A DNA stretch of 64,000 nucleotides from the human T2T-CHM13v2.0 reference genome, Homo sapiens. Position 1 is the stretch's first letter; each line of letters begins with the position of its first letter. A program made the translations under genes and the position numbers. The DNA lies in NCBI RefSeq assembly GCF_009914755.1, contig NC_060937.1, one strand, 5' to 3'. A model generated the notes under the pieces. The model worked only from the letters and a program-made list of their open reading frames with translations. It had not been told where the DNA came from and did no database searches. This document shows, piece by piece, positions 42,176 to 57,411 of the stretch.

Positions 42176-44052
42176 TTCTTCTTTATGCTCCATTCTGCAT
42201 AGGGCTGACTCACACACCTGGCCATTATTCTGGAGAAACGTTCCTGAGGCTTCCTTCAGCCTGTCAGTTACTAGAAGGAATAATAGGAAGGTGATGACTC
42301 CCAATAACCAGTTCAGTCTGCTTTGAGTGAGTGTCCTATGATGCTGGCTGCTAGAGATTTCAAACTCCAACACCTAGGAGAGGAGAGCAGTATTCAAGCA
42401 CTGTTGCTCTCCACAGACATCCAAGGGAAAGGGGTTGATCTTTAGCCATGGGCTCAGCTCACTTCCTCTTTGCATTCCCCAGATTCTCCCTTTGCTTCTA
42501 GAATGGACACTCCCAACATCCTCAGGACTACACTTTTTGATCTCAGAATTCACATTTACTAATTAAAAGAGATAAATGCGGGGTTATATTTTAACGTATT
42601 CTGTCAGGTTTGGCAAAACGGAGGGAGAACTAAACCCTATTCTTATCACAGGGAATTTATATTTCCAAACTTTAGAGAAAGAACTATCTCCTTAAAATCT
42701 GACTTCAAGGAACAAATCATTCAAACACATATCAGGTCATGCTCTTCTTTCGCGATTTTTACTTGAAATCAGCACATTTACATAGCATACAACCTCATTC
42801 TTAAAGGATGGATTTCATGGAGCAATGAGAATTCTGGGCAAATTTTAGATATCTAAAGTAAATTAATTATTTGCTCTGTGACCAATTTAAGGATTTTACA
42901 TTCGCACCAACCTGGGCTTCACAGATAACATTGTGGCTGGTGTCCCAAGCCACACTGAGATCGTAAAGAAATGTTCCTAGTTACTTTGCACTGAATCTAC
43001 AAAGTGCACATATTTTTGCCTGCCAAGCATGCACGCCTTTGAAAGACTCCCCTTCTGTCAGTGCTATGAATTCTGTGGTGCCAGTGGTATTTTACCACAC
43101 AGAATAAACAGCCAGTTGTGGTAAACGGTTAGCAAGGGAATCCTGCAGGTCCCATGGAAAAACTAAAACAATAGGAAGTCAAAAACCATCTCTTGGACAC
43201 TCTCAGGGTCTCTCCCTGTGGACCAATTAAACAACACATTCAGTTGTTGGCAGTCCTTATTTTCAGAACCACAGGCCCAATTACTGGGCTCCAAGCAGCT
43301 ACATTTTATAGCTAAAATGATTTACAGCCAATGTTTTTACTGCACAGTACGTTTTCCTCTTTGTTAAGCAAAAGTTCAGAGAGAAGAACCACAACTGAGG
43401 AGCAAAAAAGGGGGAAACATGCATGCAGAAAGATCTAACCCACAAAGCCAAATGCAAATTGAAGAAAAAAACAGCAGTCTTTGGACCTCAGCCGCTCTTC
43501 TTTTGGATTCAATGCCAAATGTGTATTTAGAGATACCCTGAAATATCACCCATTTAGAATTTATTTTTTGCCTTTGTTAGAAGAGCTGTTTTGCAATATG
43601 GTTTGTTGAAATAATATACCTAATTCAGTTATTAAGGACAAAAGCTACCAGCCAATCCATTCTGCTTTATTAATGACCAAGTCCAATTGACTAGTGGAAA
43701 TCCTTTTTATTGTTTAATGCTCAACCATTAAAAATATTTGCAGTGAAGGATGGGAAATGGAACTCAAAATTTAATATGAATGTAGATGAAGCCTCAAGCC
43801 TTGTCTGAAGTCATTAACTGAGGGGGAGGTTTACTTGCTCTAATAGATTTGGCCTACTTGGTAAATAAAGGAGATATCCATGTCACCAATATGATTACCT
43901 AGAGTACAAAGCCATCCTTCCCTGACCTCTTTGTTGTAAATGATTTACTGTTCAGAGTTTTGTCTTTGGTAATTAAGAAACTACACATGATGAAAGGAGA
44001 AATTAACTCAGACAGTGGTACAGATTTAACTGTTGTAAAAAATCTTCGTACT

Positions 44053-44274
44053 CAATTGTTTTCATTGGAGAGGAGACGGATTTTGCCCTCCAGGAATCAT
44101 TTGGCAATATCTGGAGATAGTTTTGTTGTCACCACTAGGACAAAGAAAGCTATTGGTATCTAGTGGGTAGAAGCCAGAGATTTGGTTAAATATCTTACAA
44201 TGCACAAGACAGCCCCCCACAACAAAGAACTAACCAGGCAAAACTGCCAGCAGAGTAGAGGCTGAGAAACCCTG
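44053..44274. mobile_element. MER20 (hAT-Charlie) DNA transposon
   Basis: ttttgccctccagg...tttggcaatatctggag...tctagtgggtagaagccag...gctgagaaaccctg; degenerate 8-bp TSD cttcgtac/ctttatac. Confidence 0.88.
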
Positions 44275-44591
44275 CTTTATACTTATACATGAATTAATTG
44301 CCAGATCCTTTCAAAAATTGAGCTAACTAAAAGCAGGTCTCAATTGGTTTTATCTCATCTGAGGAAAGTGCTTAGGGTAAGGAGGAACTAAGGAAAGGGG
44401 TGGGGGTACCTCAGAGGGCGAGAAGAAAATGAAAAGAGCAGTTACTGGAGTTAAACACAAACTTTCCTACAATTCAAATGTTTTCAAAAACCAATTACCC
44501 ACAAGATCCTTATTAATGATGAGCTGATTATTAGTTTGATGATTCAATGTTTAATTTACTTCATCTTTGTTCTAAAAGATGACTTGGCTCC

Positions 44592-45638
44592 AGGATTAAT
44601 ATCCAGAATATTCAAGGAACTCAAACAACTCAGTAACAACAACAAAATAATCCAATTTTAAAATGGCCAAATGATTTGAACAGATATTTCTCAAAAGAAA
44701 ACACAAAAATGGCCAACAGGTATATAAAACAATACCCATCACTCATCAGAGAAATGCAAATCAAAACCACAATGAAATATCATCTCACCCCAGCTAGAAT
44801 GGCTATTATAAAAAAGACAAAAAATAACCAATGCTGTCAAGGATGTGGAGAAAGGGGAACTCTTATACACTGTTGGTGGAAATGTAAATTAGTAAAACCA
44901 TTAGGGAAAATAGTATTGAGTTTCCTCTGAAAACTAAACATACAATTACATATGATCCAGCAATTCCACTACTGGATATCTATCCAAAGAAAAGGAAGTC
45001 AGTATGTCAAAAAGATACCTGCACTCCCATGTTTATTGCAGCACTATTTACAACAGCCAAGATATGGAATCAACTTAAGTGTCCATCAACAGTTGAATGG
45101 ATAAAGAAAATGATACATACACACAATGGAATACTATTCAGCCATAATTGTCAGAACATGGATGAGCCTGGAGAACATTATGTTAAGTGAAATAAGCCAG
45201 TCACAAAAAGATAAATACTACAGGTTTTCACTCATATGTGAAGGTTAAAATTTTTCATCTCATAGAAATAGAGGATAGAATAGTGGTTACTAAAGACTGT
45301 GAAAGATAGTGAGGAGGGGCTAGGGAGAAGTTTGTTAACAAACACAAAATAACAGAAAGATAGGAAAAATAAGTAGTTCTGCGTCCCTTAGCACTGTAGG
45401 ATGACTCTAGTTAACAATTCATTGCATATTTTCAAAAAGCTAGAATAGAGGATTTTAAATGTCCCCAACGCAAATAAATAAATGAATAAATAAATAAATG
45501 TTTGAGGTGATAGATTTGCTAATTATGCTAATTTGATCATTACACACTGTATACATTGTATTGAAATATCACACTGTATATGTGCACTTATTGAGTCGAT
45601 TAAAAATAACCTTTAAAAGTGATTAAACATGAAAAAAA
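44592..45638 (+). mobile_element. L1MA (L1MA4-6-like) 3' ~1 kb
   Basis: ORF2 C-terminus ([23 protein letters not shown]), 3' UTR and A tail; TSD core tggctcca on both sides. Confidence 0.9.
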
Positions 45639-46129
45639 AGATGGCTCCAATCCTCTTTCAATAGGTGTTAAAATTTTGCATGAATTTCTTCTTGACATAA
45701 GGAAACAAATTTCTCTTCTTTCTCATTCTCTTGAGGCTTCTTTCTGGACATTTATATCCTAGAACTTAGCTTTTGATATTCAAGACAGAATATAGGCCTT
45801 ATAATAACCTCTGTATATTTCATTTTAAATCCAATTTTACTTAATTTGCTAAAAATTCTGTAATTTTTTTGCCCATGAGACAGCACTACGAGAAAGGTAT
45901 CAGCCAATTTAGTAGAGAATTCACATGATATAAGCAGTCCTGGCCCTCTCCATTCTTTGAAAGTATTGATGCCAATATCAGTCTGCCGGACTAGCATTTC
46001 TCATCATATTCCCTTAGTAGAGCAGTTTTTTATGTGTTGCCCCAAAAAGTCATACAGTCAAATAAGATAACATTGTATTAAAAATGAGTATTCATACTGA
46101 CTATGATCCTGCACCTTGCCAAATGTTTT

Positions 46130-46322
46130 ATTCTACATTATAGAATACTTTCTACAATAAGCCAGTGAGATGGGTCTTATTAATCCCCTTGCACAGCTGG
46201 GAATTCCTATTGTACAGGGAAGTAACTTGGCCAGGTTTCATTGCTAACACTGAATCTGGGATTGATTTGAGACCAAGTCTGTCCTGTATTCAAACCTGGT
46301 GCTCTTAAATACTGTGCTCTGC
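46130..46322 (-). mobile_element. MIR
   Basis: aagtaacttggccaggtttc...gatttgagaccaagtctgtc. Confidence 0.55.
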
Positions 46323-46379
46323 TACTGGCTTAAGCAGAGTTAAGCAGGATTTCTTTACCACAGAATTTCTCAGACCCTC

Positions 46380-46757
46380 TGTCTTAGTCTATTCCTACTA
46401 CTATAACAAAACACATTTGACTAGGTAACTCTTAAACAATAGAAACTTATTTCTCACAGTTCTGGAGGCTGGGAAGTCTAAGATCATGGCAGCAGCAGAT
46501 TCTGTGTCTGGTGGGGGCCTGATCTATAGATGGCATTGTTTTAAGACATCTTTACATAATGGAAAAGGCAGAAGGGACAAATGTTATGTCTTCACATGGA
46601 AGAAGAGGTGGAAGGACAGAAGGGGTGAACAGCTCCCTGTATAAGGTCACTAATGCCATTCATAAGGGCTCCATCTTCATGTCTTAATCACCTCCCAAAG
46701 GCCCCACACTTGAATACCATCAAGTTGGTGATTAAGTTTCACATTCAGACCATAGCA
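46380..46757 (-). mobile_element. MSTC/MSTD-like solo LTR
   Basis: TGTCTTAGTC...cacctcccaaaggccccac...ACATTCAGACCATAGCA; TSD CCCTC/CCCTT. Confidence 0.85.
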
Positions 46758-48769
46758 CCCTTTAACAGCCTGTTTCTAATTCTAAGCTCTAAATTTATTT
46801 CTCAAACTTATTTCTCCCATGCACTCTTTTTATCATGAAACAGCCTTCATGATGGATGTTTCATAAGACTTGCCTAGAACAACATCATGTTCTCCACTTG
46901 AAAAAAATAACAATAAAAATAAAACCTGTTCAGAAAAAAATCTGAAGAATATCTGACACCTCCTAGTTGTTCCCTAAGTAACCTGAACTGGTGACCAAAG
47001 AATCACCACAGTAAAGCCCTGTGAAGCAATGTAAGTGTCATTGGGCTGATCAGAAAGGTACAAATCCTGAGAGTGGAGGCTGAAGAACTTCAGGCCTTTT
47101 TAGAGTCTCTTGTAGAATTTAAACCAAGTACACAATTTTCTCCCTATAAGCTTCATGTTGAAGTCTTTACGAATGAACAGCTGGAGAGTATTAAAAGCTG
47201 TGGGACTATTTTCCTTCCTGCTAGAACAAAAGACATTAAAATAAACTGCTAAGGGAGGTTTGGTGACTTACAAAGTGACCTGCATTATGAGCACTTTGGT
47301 CTGCTGCAAGATTGGTTCATTAAGGCCAAAAATGAAGTGTTACTGTTGAATGAATTCCCACATTTCCATAATAGCATTGTTAGTTTGTTATGCTTTTCAA
47401 AACTTTCCTTTGTGTTCCTTACTTTTATAGTCAATATTTAATTGGGAGCATAACTCTGAGAAGAATCAGACTCCGGGAAATAAGGGAAAGTCAAGTAAAG
47501 AGCATTATATCCCATAGGGCACATATACTTTAGGAAAGCCAAGAGGAGAAACAGTCAGCAAAATAAAACCAGATGTGAATTTGATATGATTATACCATCC
47601 CTTCCAATATGAACAGCACTTTCAAATTCACTTTTTTTTTCATGGAATCAGTTGAATCACTGAATCCTTTTCGAGTAAGTGAAACATTGAGCAATGCTTG
47701 CCCAAAAGAATTACGTGAAGCCCACACAGGGCTTTTGAAAATTCATTTGCATTTGAATGATGCAAATTGTAATTTAGTATAATAAAGACCATGTATTCGA
47801 GAAGAAGAAATTATATAAACAGCCCCTCCGACTTTCAGTCAAGTCTACTAGTTCTAATCCCAACATGCTAATTTGAATCTACATGTCCCATCAAAAATGT
47901 TTTTCTGTAAAATAAGTTATACCCTTTTTGACCCTGCCACACCTGCCTGACTGTGATAGAATCAAATGTGACCGACACATTTGGTTATTTCCATTGAATA
48001 TATTCCTAAGAATTCCCCATGAACAATGGATACTCCTGTCCAAGTCCTCTTTGGTACAACAGATAGGGCATTGTGGTCCCACAATAAGAGCGAACGTCTC
48101 TAACATATATTCAAGTTTGATGTAGAATTAGTAGAGTCACAAATCTGTATTATGAAACATCATATCTTTGCTGGAAAATAATATTTAGAATAAGAATCAG
48201 ACTACAAACAACTATAAACATAACTATATTTTCAAATACAAATAGGGTAACAGTGCAAAGTTGTCTGATCATTCCTCAGAATGGTTAATTCACATAATGC
48301 ATAATGTCTGTACCTGAATATTGCAATGTGGTGAGAGGGGGACTATGCTGTCACAATTTGGGGAGAACATGAAGGGGAATTTCCATTTTTCCTCACTGTG
48401 CATGTGTGTTCTGTCACTATAGTGTGGTACTTCCTGTCTTCTTGAAGCTGAGCTTAAATTTTTCAAACCACTTTCTCAAAATCACAAGTTCTCAGACTTT
48501 AAGGAATCTTAGAAGCCATCTAGTGCCTTCATCCAGCCCTCATCCTCTCCAAACACAAATAACTTCTTAAATGTTGGGCAGAACAGCTCTCTCTAATGGG
48601 GAGGCAGCTGAAGACACATAGAGGTAGTTGCATCTCACATTGTGTTTCTGCTCCTAGAAAGTGCTTCCATATAGTTCTGGCATGGTGGCTTATACTTGTA
48701 ATCCCAGCACTTTGTGAGGCCAACCATGTGCAGGTATCAAAAGGTACCTCTCCTCTGCTTTCTCTATCT

Positions 48770-49080
48770 CCAGGAATGTGATTTACTATTAACCAAGGAA
48801 GATGCTTGAATCATAATAAATCCTTTTTCCTCCCTGGTACACCCTTCCAATGAATCTACTTCCCAGGACATTCTTGAATTCTGTTCCCTCTTCCCCATTT
48901 CCCTCCTACTGCCTCCATCCAGTCCATCACTATTTCTCCCAGGGATTGTGTAACTCTCCCCATTTTAGTCTCCCTGGCTCCAACCTCATCTCATCTCCCT
49001 CACTGCAGCCAGTGATCTTCCCAAAACACAAGCATGTGCATGTCACATCCATTCTAATCACACTAAAAGACACCTAACTA
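48770..49080 (+). mobile_element. L2 fragment
   Basis: taactctcccattttagtctccctggctcc...cactgcagccagtgatcttcccaaaacacaa. Confidence 0.55.
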
Positions 49081-50625
49081 AACCCTCTTTCCTATCATGT
49101 AAAAGGTACCCATACTTGGCCATATTTTGCAGACAAGAATATGCAAACAAATTGCATTCTTTTTTGGAAGAAGTTCGACTTTAATAAAAGAAGCAGTAGT
49201 CACAAAGAAGAACCGCAGCTTTACAAAACATTTCCACATGGCTTATCAGTTCTAAGCTGTTAGTTGACAGTAAACATATGGAGGAAACTACAGTATTAAG
49301 GCAAAGATTTAAAAGGCCCCATAAAAATACCCGTATATTTAAATAAGAAATTTTCCAGACCCTCATACCTGGGTAAAATCAAAGCACATGTTATTAGATG
49401 CCTTTTAGTTTTTAAGAAAGAAGTTAATCTGCCATTTCCCCCATCATTAATAAAGCATGTGGTTACTTTTATGGCTGTCTACCTACTCAGATGATTGGGG
49501 GTTTCTGATAGAGTTTTCTAGTAAGGATAAATGCACTGGAGAGAAAAACATGAAAAAATCGTGATTCAGTAACAGAAGCAGAAAACTTTATAACATTTTT
49601 TCATTGGGAAGATTAACTTCTATATCATATGAATTGTCTCTATCATGAACAGCATCATACTAGAGATAGAAATGGATTCTGTTAGTCTTCAGTCACTTTT
49701 ATGAAACAAAGCAGAGTGATTTAATTATATATTCTGAGACTCCAAATAAACTCTCCTTTTCTTGGCTCTTGCAATTTTCAATAAATATACACTAAGAGGT
49801 ACAACTTTGGAGTTTCTTAACAAGTTCCCAAAAAAAATTTCTGATTTGTCAATTTGTCTAAATTCACTTAGAAAAAATATTTAAAGGATGATATACCAGA
49901 GTACACATCAGCAGAGTATCTTAAACAAATTTTCAAATACTCTCATTTGCTTTTGACAAAATCCATAGTACATTCTAATTTACAGTGCTGCAAAACAAGG
50001 ATGTCTTCTATTTTTTAAAATTTTTATTTGACTTTGAAAGGTAATGAACTTTGCAAAAAAGTAAAATACTAAATTATGAGTAACAAGTGATTCCAGTTAG
50101 GTCCCAGGCCTAAAATCTGACTTCCCTCAGCTCAAAGAACTGACACATCCTCTAAAAACACAAACTATTTTTCTTGCATGTTTATAAGTGTTCATGTAAG
50201 TGTGGAGCAATAAGTTTTTCTTCTTCATTCAAAACCTGGAATATTTTGGTTCCAATTTGCATTTTTCATTGTCCTTCCACACTTTGGAATCTTAACAACA
50301 CGCTGGTGAAAATCTCCTAAGCCGTAGCTCAGTGTTGCCAGCAGCCCTTGAATAAGTTTTTCTTTACTTGGTGAAGGTTAAGAACATTCTTTTTAATGGG
50401 CCCATTAATGGATATTATCTAAATTGGATTTTCATACTTCTGTGGAAAATCAAACAGAACACATATTTTGCTGGACATATCACAAGCTGTTTGCCCACCC
50501 CAGCGACTTGTGAGGATAGATATGTGGACAAGTCACTGACCTGTTTGTCTACATAAACAAGATGATTTGGGTCAAAATTATAATTAAAAATGAAGTTTCA
50601 TCCTCTGTTGTAAAATACAAAAAAT

Positions 50626-50953
50626 GGACAGGGCATGGTAGCTTATGCCTGTAATCCCAGCAGTTTGGGAGGCCAAAGCAGGAGGATCACTTGAGGCCAG
50701 GAGTTTGAGACAAGTCTGGGCAACATAGCAAGACCCTGTCTCTACAAAAAAATAAATAAATAAAATTATCTAAGCATGGTAGTACATACCTGTAGCTCCA
50801 GCTGCTCTGAAGGCTGAGGAAGGGAGGATTACTTAAGCCCAGGAGTTCAAGGCTGCAGTGAGCTAGGATCATGCCATTGTACCCCAGCCCAGGTGACAGA
50901 GCAGGACCCTGTCTCAGAAAAAGAAAAATAAGCACACACACATACAAAAAAAA
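50626..50953 (+). mobile_element. AluJ
   Basis: AluJ diagnostics (gggcaacatagcaagaccctgtctctac, ggagttcaaggctgcagtgagcta). Confidence 0.93.
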
Positions 50954-53900
50954 TTACAATAGTTTTTCTTCTACCTTCTGCCATAAAATTGTTTTTTCAT
51001 CATCCCCGGGGACTTAGAGGCTATTTCAGATACAGCAGAAAACTTGAACAGAATGAAATGGGGAAGAAAGGGAAAGACATTCTTAAACATGGCATTTGAA
51101 CATCTCTTTCCTACCTAAATGCAACTGAATGAGGACAATCTTTCTATGGTAGATAAAGAAAAAAATAATACTTGTGAGTGAAAAACAAGAGCACTCTAAG
51201 AAGCTGTGTTAACAAAGGATTAACCTACAAAATGCTAGCAAGATAGGGGAGGAAATTATAAGAAAATTAGACTGCATCTCTCCATACTGAACATAATAGT
51301 GCAACATTAGGCAAAGATTTTCATAGGTGTTGCCTTTATGAAAATCTACATGCATTTAGCCCTATTATTTAGTACATGTAGAATATAAACATTCTTAAAG
51401 ACCTCAAAACAGTACTAATTGTGGATGTTTTATTTAAATTTAACATTTTACCAGGATCTGTAATTCATTGATTAAGGATTCATCTCTCTATTTTAGCTCT
51501 TGGTTTAAGGGTCCTAGTACAATATATGTCAATACAGGGCTATCTAGAGCATTAATTGAAAATGTCAAAAGTGTAATTTTTCATTACAGCAGAAATAGAA
51601 TTATAAAAATTAGGTCCTTCAATTATAAATGACATTTGCCACTCTAGTCAAGGTTAGTCTTACATGTGGTTGGGGTCCAAGGTCAAATACAAAAGATTCC
51701 TTATTCCAAAATAACTGGTGCAGTTTTGTTTCCACCTTTAGCAAATATTTCCATTGTATTTGTTCTCAGTTATGATAGCCAAAATAACAGCTATATTTTA
51801 TTGAGTATGTTCTATGTACCAGATAGTGTGTTCAACTCTTCATAATTGACATACATAAAGGAGTATTTAAGCATGGACACCAAAGTCAGACTTCATGCAT
51901 TTGAACCCTGGCTCATGGGAAAATTACCTAACCTTGCTAAGCCTCAGATTTTTTAATGTAAAATGGATAGAATAATATCTATAAGCTTGTTGTGGAAAAG
52001 ATGAGAACCATGGTGATTGAGAAAAGCTAAGCAATTTACCAAGATCACACACAGCTAGACCACGGAAGAACCGGACTCAAACCAAGTTCTTCTAATTCCA
52101 AGCTTTCTAATTCCTGTAAATTTCCATGGTTCTGAAACATGATCTCTGAGGGTCACTAGGATGGCATGCAGATAGAAGGTACCAAAAAACGATGAAGACA
52201 CCATCACAAACAGTGTTTCTATTCCTGGGAGAGGACATAGACCTTTGGGGTCTTGGGTGACTTAAAGAAGACAAACCCTATTTAACTCTTAGAATCTTAG
52301 GAAATTATATTGATGACAGGTTGTTCATCTGGACGTCACAGGAGCTGATCAAGAGTTTCCAACCACCAGTGCATGACATACCACAGAACTCAAAACAAAC
52401 AAACAAAATGTATTGAATGAACAGATGATTCAATTAATGAATTCTAAGAAACCTTATATAACCCTACAGTTTATGACAGAAGATGAAGATACATTGCAGG
52501 CAAGTTGGAATGGGTTGTCCTGTCCCTTAGTTGTGAGCCTCACAAGGGCAGTGACCACTCTTCAGTGACCACTCTATTTAAACCACTTGACTTATGCTGA
52601 GTTAACACTCAGTAAATAATTGTTGAATTGAATTGAATCAAATTGCCACAGTGACCTTCAACTATAACTCAGAGATATTTCACCCCTGCCTATTTTCTCC
52701 TAAACTCTCAACATCTAGCAATATTCAATTTGACATGCATTTGGATCCCACCCATATAAAGCAACTGCAAGGCAAAGGCCCAAAGCCTCACAGATCAGAC
52801 ATGTCAACTCAAGGGAAATGGATACATTCCACAGCAAAAGGAATGTTAGTTATTTTAAAAGGCTCTGTTTAATATACAACATAATGTAGGTTTACTGAGG
52901 AGTATAATACATGATACTGACCCAGATTTAATGCAGACCTTCCACCTTCATCATAGAATCTAGAAAAGTCTCATTTTTTGTAAGACGTTTGCTTGCATCA
53001 ACAGCATTATGACTGCAGTGTCTTCTCTAAAATTCTTGGTTGTTTGATCTCAAAGAACATTGATCACCTTTAGGGGCTACTCTCCTAACTCTCTCCATGT
53101 TCTCACACCCTCCCACACACACATATACGCCACCCTGAAAGTCACTCTTCTCAATGGTCTGCCATGCTAGAGAGTAGGGCTTGCACATGAAAAAGTAAAA
53201 TGGCTAGACCTCTGAGCCCATAAGAACCATTTTCTTTGGAGACCTCTCTTCCCACTCTACCTCTAATGTTGCAAATAATATGATCCTGAGGCTACTCCCA
53301 CTTTAAAGCTGTCTCTGCCCTACAGATGACTGAAATGGGTAGATTAAACTTATTCTTCCTTATGAAGAAATGCTTTCTTATTTTCTTCAGTGTGCATTTC
53401 CAAGGGACTTTTTTTCCTCTCCATCCATCTCATTCACTTGCTGCCACTACAATTGCATTTCTACCTCACCTGGAACTCTGTGCCTTCACTCTTTACTTCC
53501 TCCTCTCTTTATTTCCTTCCCTACTCAACATAGTCTTTATGGTCTATTGCTTTAACCACCTTTTGCCAACATTCTTGAATTCTTTGCCCTGATGCTGTTC
53601 TGTCACATCTGGGAGAACTGCAGCCTCATATCAATCTGCCTTGTCTGTGCCTAGAACCAGGCCACCAAGTATTGCTATATAAAACAAGACAGATGCTTGT
53701 ATTTGTACCTCTATGAGTCATTGCGTTATTTAACCTCAACTAGGCAACACGGTTCAGCCATCTCTTTTTTTCTAACTCAACAGCAGCTATTTCAAATCTT
53801 CTCCTTTCTCCCTAAACCTCTGATCTGTTCCTTCCCTCTCAAAAGTAGACTGCCTATAGAAGCTATCACAGGAAATACTCCAGGTTCCTGCCACAAAACC

Positions 53901-53969
53901 TACTTACTTTTCCCCTTCTGCTATAATAGCTACTATGTTTTAGTACTTTCTATATTTCGGGTATGATGA

Positions 53970-54420
53970 TAAATGCCTTATTTGGCAAATACTTAGATGG
54001 TGCTTACTACCTTCCAGGCATAGTTACATGGTTTGTTTTATCTCCAAGACAACATTAGAAGCACTTTAAATACAGTAACTCATTTAAGTCTCATAACAAT
54101 CTTATGAAATAGACATTATTATCACCCCTATTTTATAAATCAAGAAACTGAGGCACAAGAACATTTGCTAATGTATCCAAGGTCAGACAAGCAACCTTCT
54201 CCAAAATATATGTTCTTAAGCATTCTACTATGCTGCTTTTTATTGTGGTTTATATACAACTATGCATTACATAGTCTCATTTTGTGAGCAAAACATGAGG
54301 AAACTGAGGCATAGAGAAGCTCAGTAGTTTCCCCAGTTCATGCAGCTGGGAAGGAGCAAAAGTCAGTTTTGAATGGAGGGAATTAGTCTCCAGAGCCTAT
54401 GCTTTTCCCACTAGGCTGCC
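53970..54420 (-). mobile_element. Two adjacent MIR copies
   Basis: Two cores, gaaactgaggcacaag (~54145) and gaaactgaggcatagag (~54300). Confidence 0.7.
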
Positions 54421-55936
54421 ACTGACTTCTCCACCCAAGGTTAATCCTCTCTGTGTTCTGCATCCCAATGCATCCTGTTTTTCAGGAACCTCTCTTCTAT
54501 AGCATCAGCATATATCTCTATTTATGTTTAATAGACATCAGTCTCCCATCAAAAAATTGTTTTAGAAAGCTCTGCTTCTGTTGGTTTAATTGTCATAACC
54601 TCTTACAAGTTCTGTGTGGATAGAACTCACGTTTGGTTTAGTCTTTGTTTTCCAGTGCTTATTGCAGTGCCTGACATGTAATAGCGTGCACAACAATTTC
54701 TGTAAAGTGAATGAAGGAGGGGACATGGTCTAAGGAGAAAGAAGGAATATGGAGGCTAGCCACCTGATCCAGCCTAGTTCACCCTAGGGTGAACCTAAGG
54801 ACTACAAATATTTTACACATGAGCACCACAAAAAAAATTTAAAATGTAACTTCAGGTTTGATAAAGATGGTATAAAGTCAGAATTCCCCACCACCACCAT
54901 CACCACCCCACCATTCCTGGAAATCAACTAGAAGTACCAAGGAGAATAAGAAACAGAAAAGCAAAATCCATTTTGAACAGTAGTAGAAAATAGTTAAATC
55001 CAAATAAAATGAAAAACTTTCAAAAGCATAGAGAAGAGTAATAGGTCACTAAGACTGCAGATCTGAGAAAAAGCCAACAAAGTAGGCTTTTTCAAAGTGA
55101 AGGGTACATGAGGTATACCCTCTATTTCCAGTAGGATAGAGGTGCACAGGATGACAGCATTTTCTCTATACCTATTCTCATCTAAAAGAAGCAGGAACTG
55201 AATGAAGAATGGCACAAATAAGCCATCTTTGTCTGTTCCTATAATTGGAGACAGGGAGAAGAGAGGTGTTACATTATGAAAAAGAACAAAAACTACAGCA
55301 GCCTATCTATCTGTTTTGGTCCAGAGTAAAGGCAAAATAAGTTATAAAATTCTAGATAATAAGAAAAAAATCCATCCAGACTAGAATGCAACACGCCTCC
55401 TCCTCCCATCATTCCCCCAAAATGTTGGCCCAGGAAAAATCCATCTCTTTCAACATGAGAAAATTTTAAATGGAATGCATACTAAGAGATAGGTTCACAG
55501 GTCATACATTATTATGCTTTATGATTCACATACAAAAAGGATGTACAAAAGGTGCCTCCAAAGGTAATATGAGGATAGGAACTGGAAAAATGATAGCAGA
55601 AAAAGAATGTCACCAGAAAAAGGAAGCCATAGATGAGGTAAAAATTTGGCCATAAAGTGTAATGCTCTATCAAGTGAGAGTACTAAGCAATAAGGAATAA
55701 TTAGTGAGACAATAGTCGGAAGTGAAACAGGAGCTCTCAAATATCAGAAGAACAATAAAAGAAAAAAATAAAATCATCATGAAAGTGACAACAAAACTGT
55801 AAAGAACACAAGGGTAAATCAACATTGGCAAAAATGAACACTAAAAGATATAAAACGTAGAAATAAAGGAACAAAAATAAAGAGCTAAAAACAATTAGAG
55901 AAAAAATGAATAATATGGAATACAGGTAAAGGAGAC

Positions 55937-56628
<692 letters not shown>

Positions 56629-57411
56629 GAGATCAAACATATAAATAATTGGAGTCTCTGAAAAGAAAATGAAATAACAGAACAGAAATTTTAAGATACA
56701 GTTTAAGAAAAAATATTTAGGCCACATACTAAATATCATGGTCTCTGAATTTTATTATTGAGAGAAAAAAGTCAAGTGACAAAAAAGTAATTCTACTATC
56801 ATTTGTGTTTTTAAGAGAAGATTGATATAGATATCTTATATGTGGTTTTATAAAATATATCAACAAAGATAACAGAAAAACTGGCAATGTTTATTATCCC
56901 CATGGGCCATATAATGTAGAGAATATAATGTCTAGGCTAGGAAGATGGCTTTATAATACCTACCATTTTGTGTACCTTTTAATTTTGAACTGTATAAATA
57001 GTATTATCTATTTAAAATTAAGCTCTAAAATAAGTAAAATATAAATAAATACTATCCATTTACCTGGTTTATGTTCCTTGTGATTTTAAAAGTTGAAAAT
57101 TTTAAAGTTAAAATTGAAAATTTCAAATTTTATAGAACACAAAATTTTCTTTTTAATTTAAAATACACATCTGAAGAAATTAAGGCTAGTATCATTATCT
57201 CCTTTGAAAGACAAAAAAAAAAAAAAAAAAACTCAGGACCGAAGAGACTAAAAGAATTGACCAAGTTCACATAGCTAATAAGCTAAGATTGAAACTCCAA
57301 GTGCTCATAATAATATAAGACTTGCCACGAATAATTAAATCAATGGCCCACTAGAGATGTACTCTCTTTTGGATAGTGACATCTTTGCATATTTTATTAA
57401 ACAATGCCATT

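Noticed and set aside
48675-48722. ~45-bp Alu 5' fragment
   Set aside because: Real Alu-like sequence but without a tail or TSD; most simply a deletion remnant.
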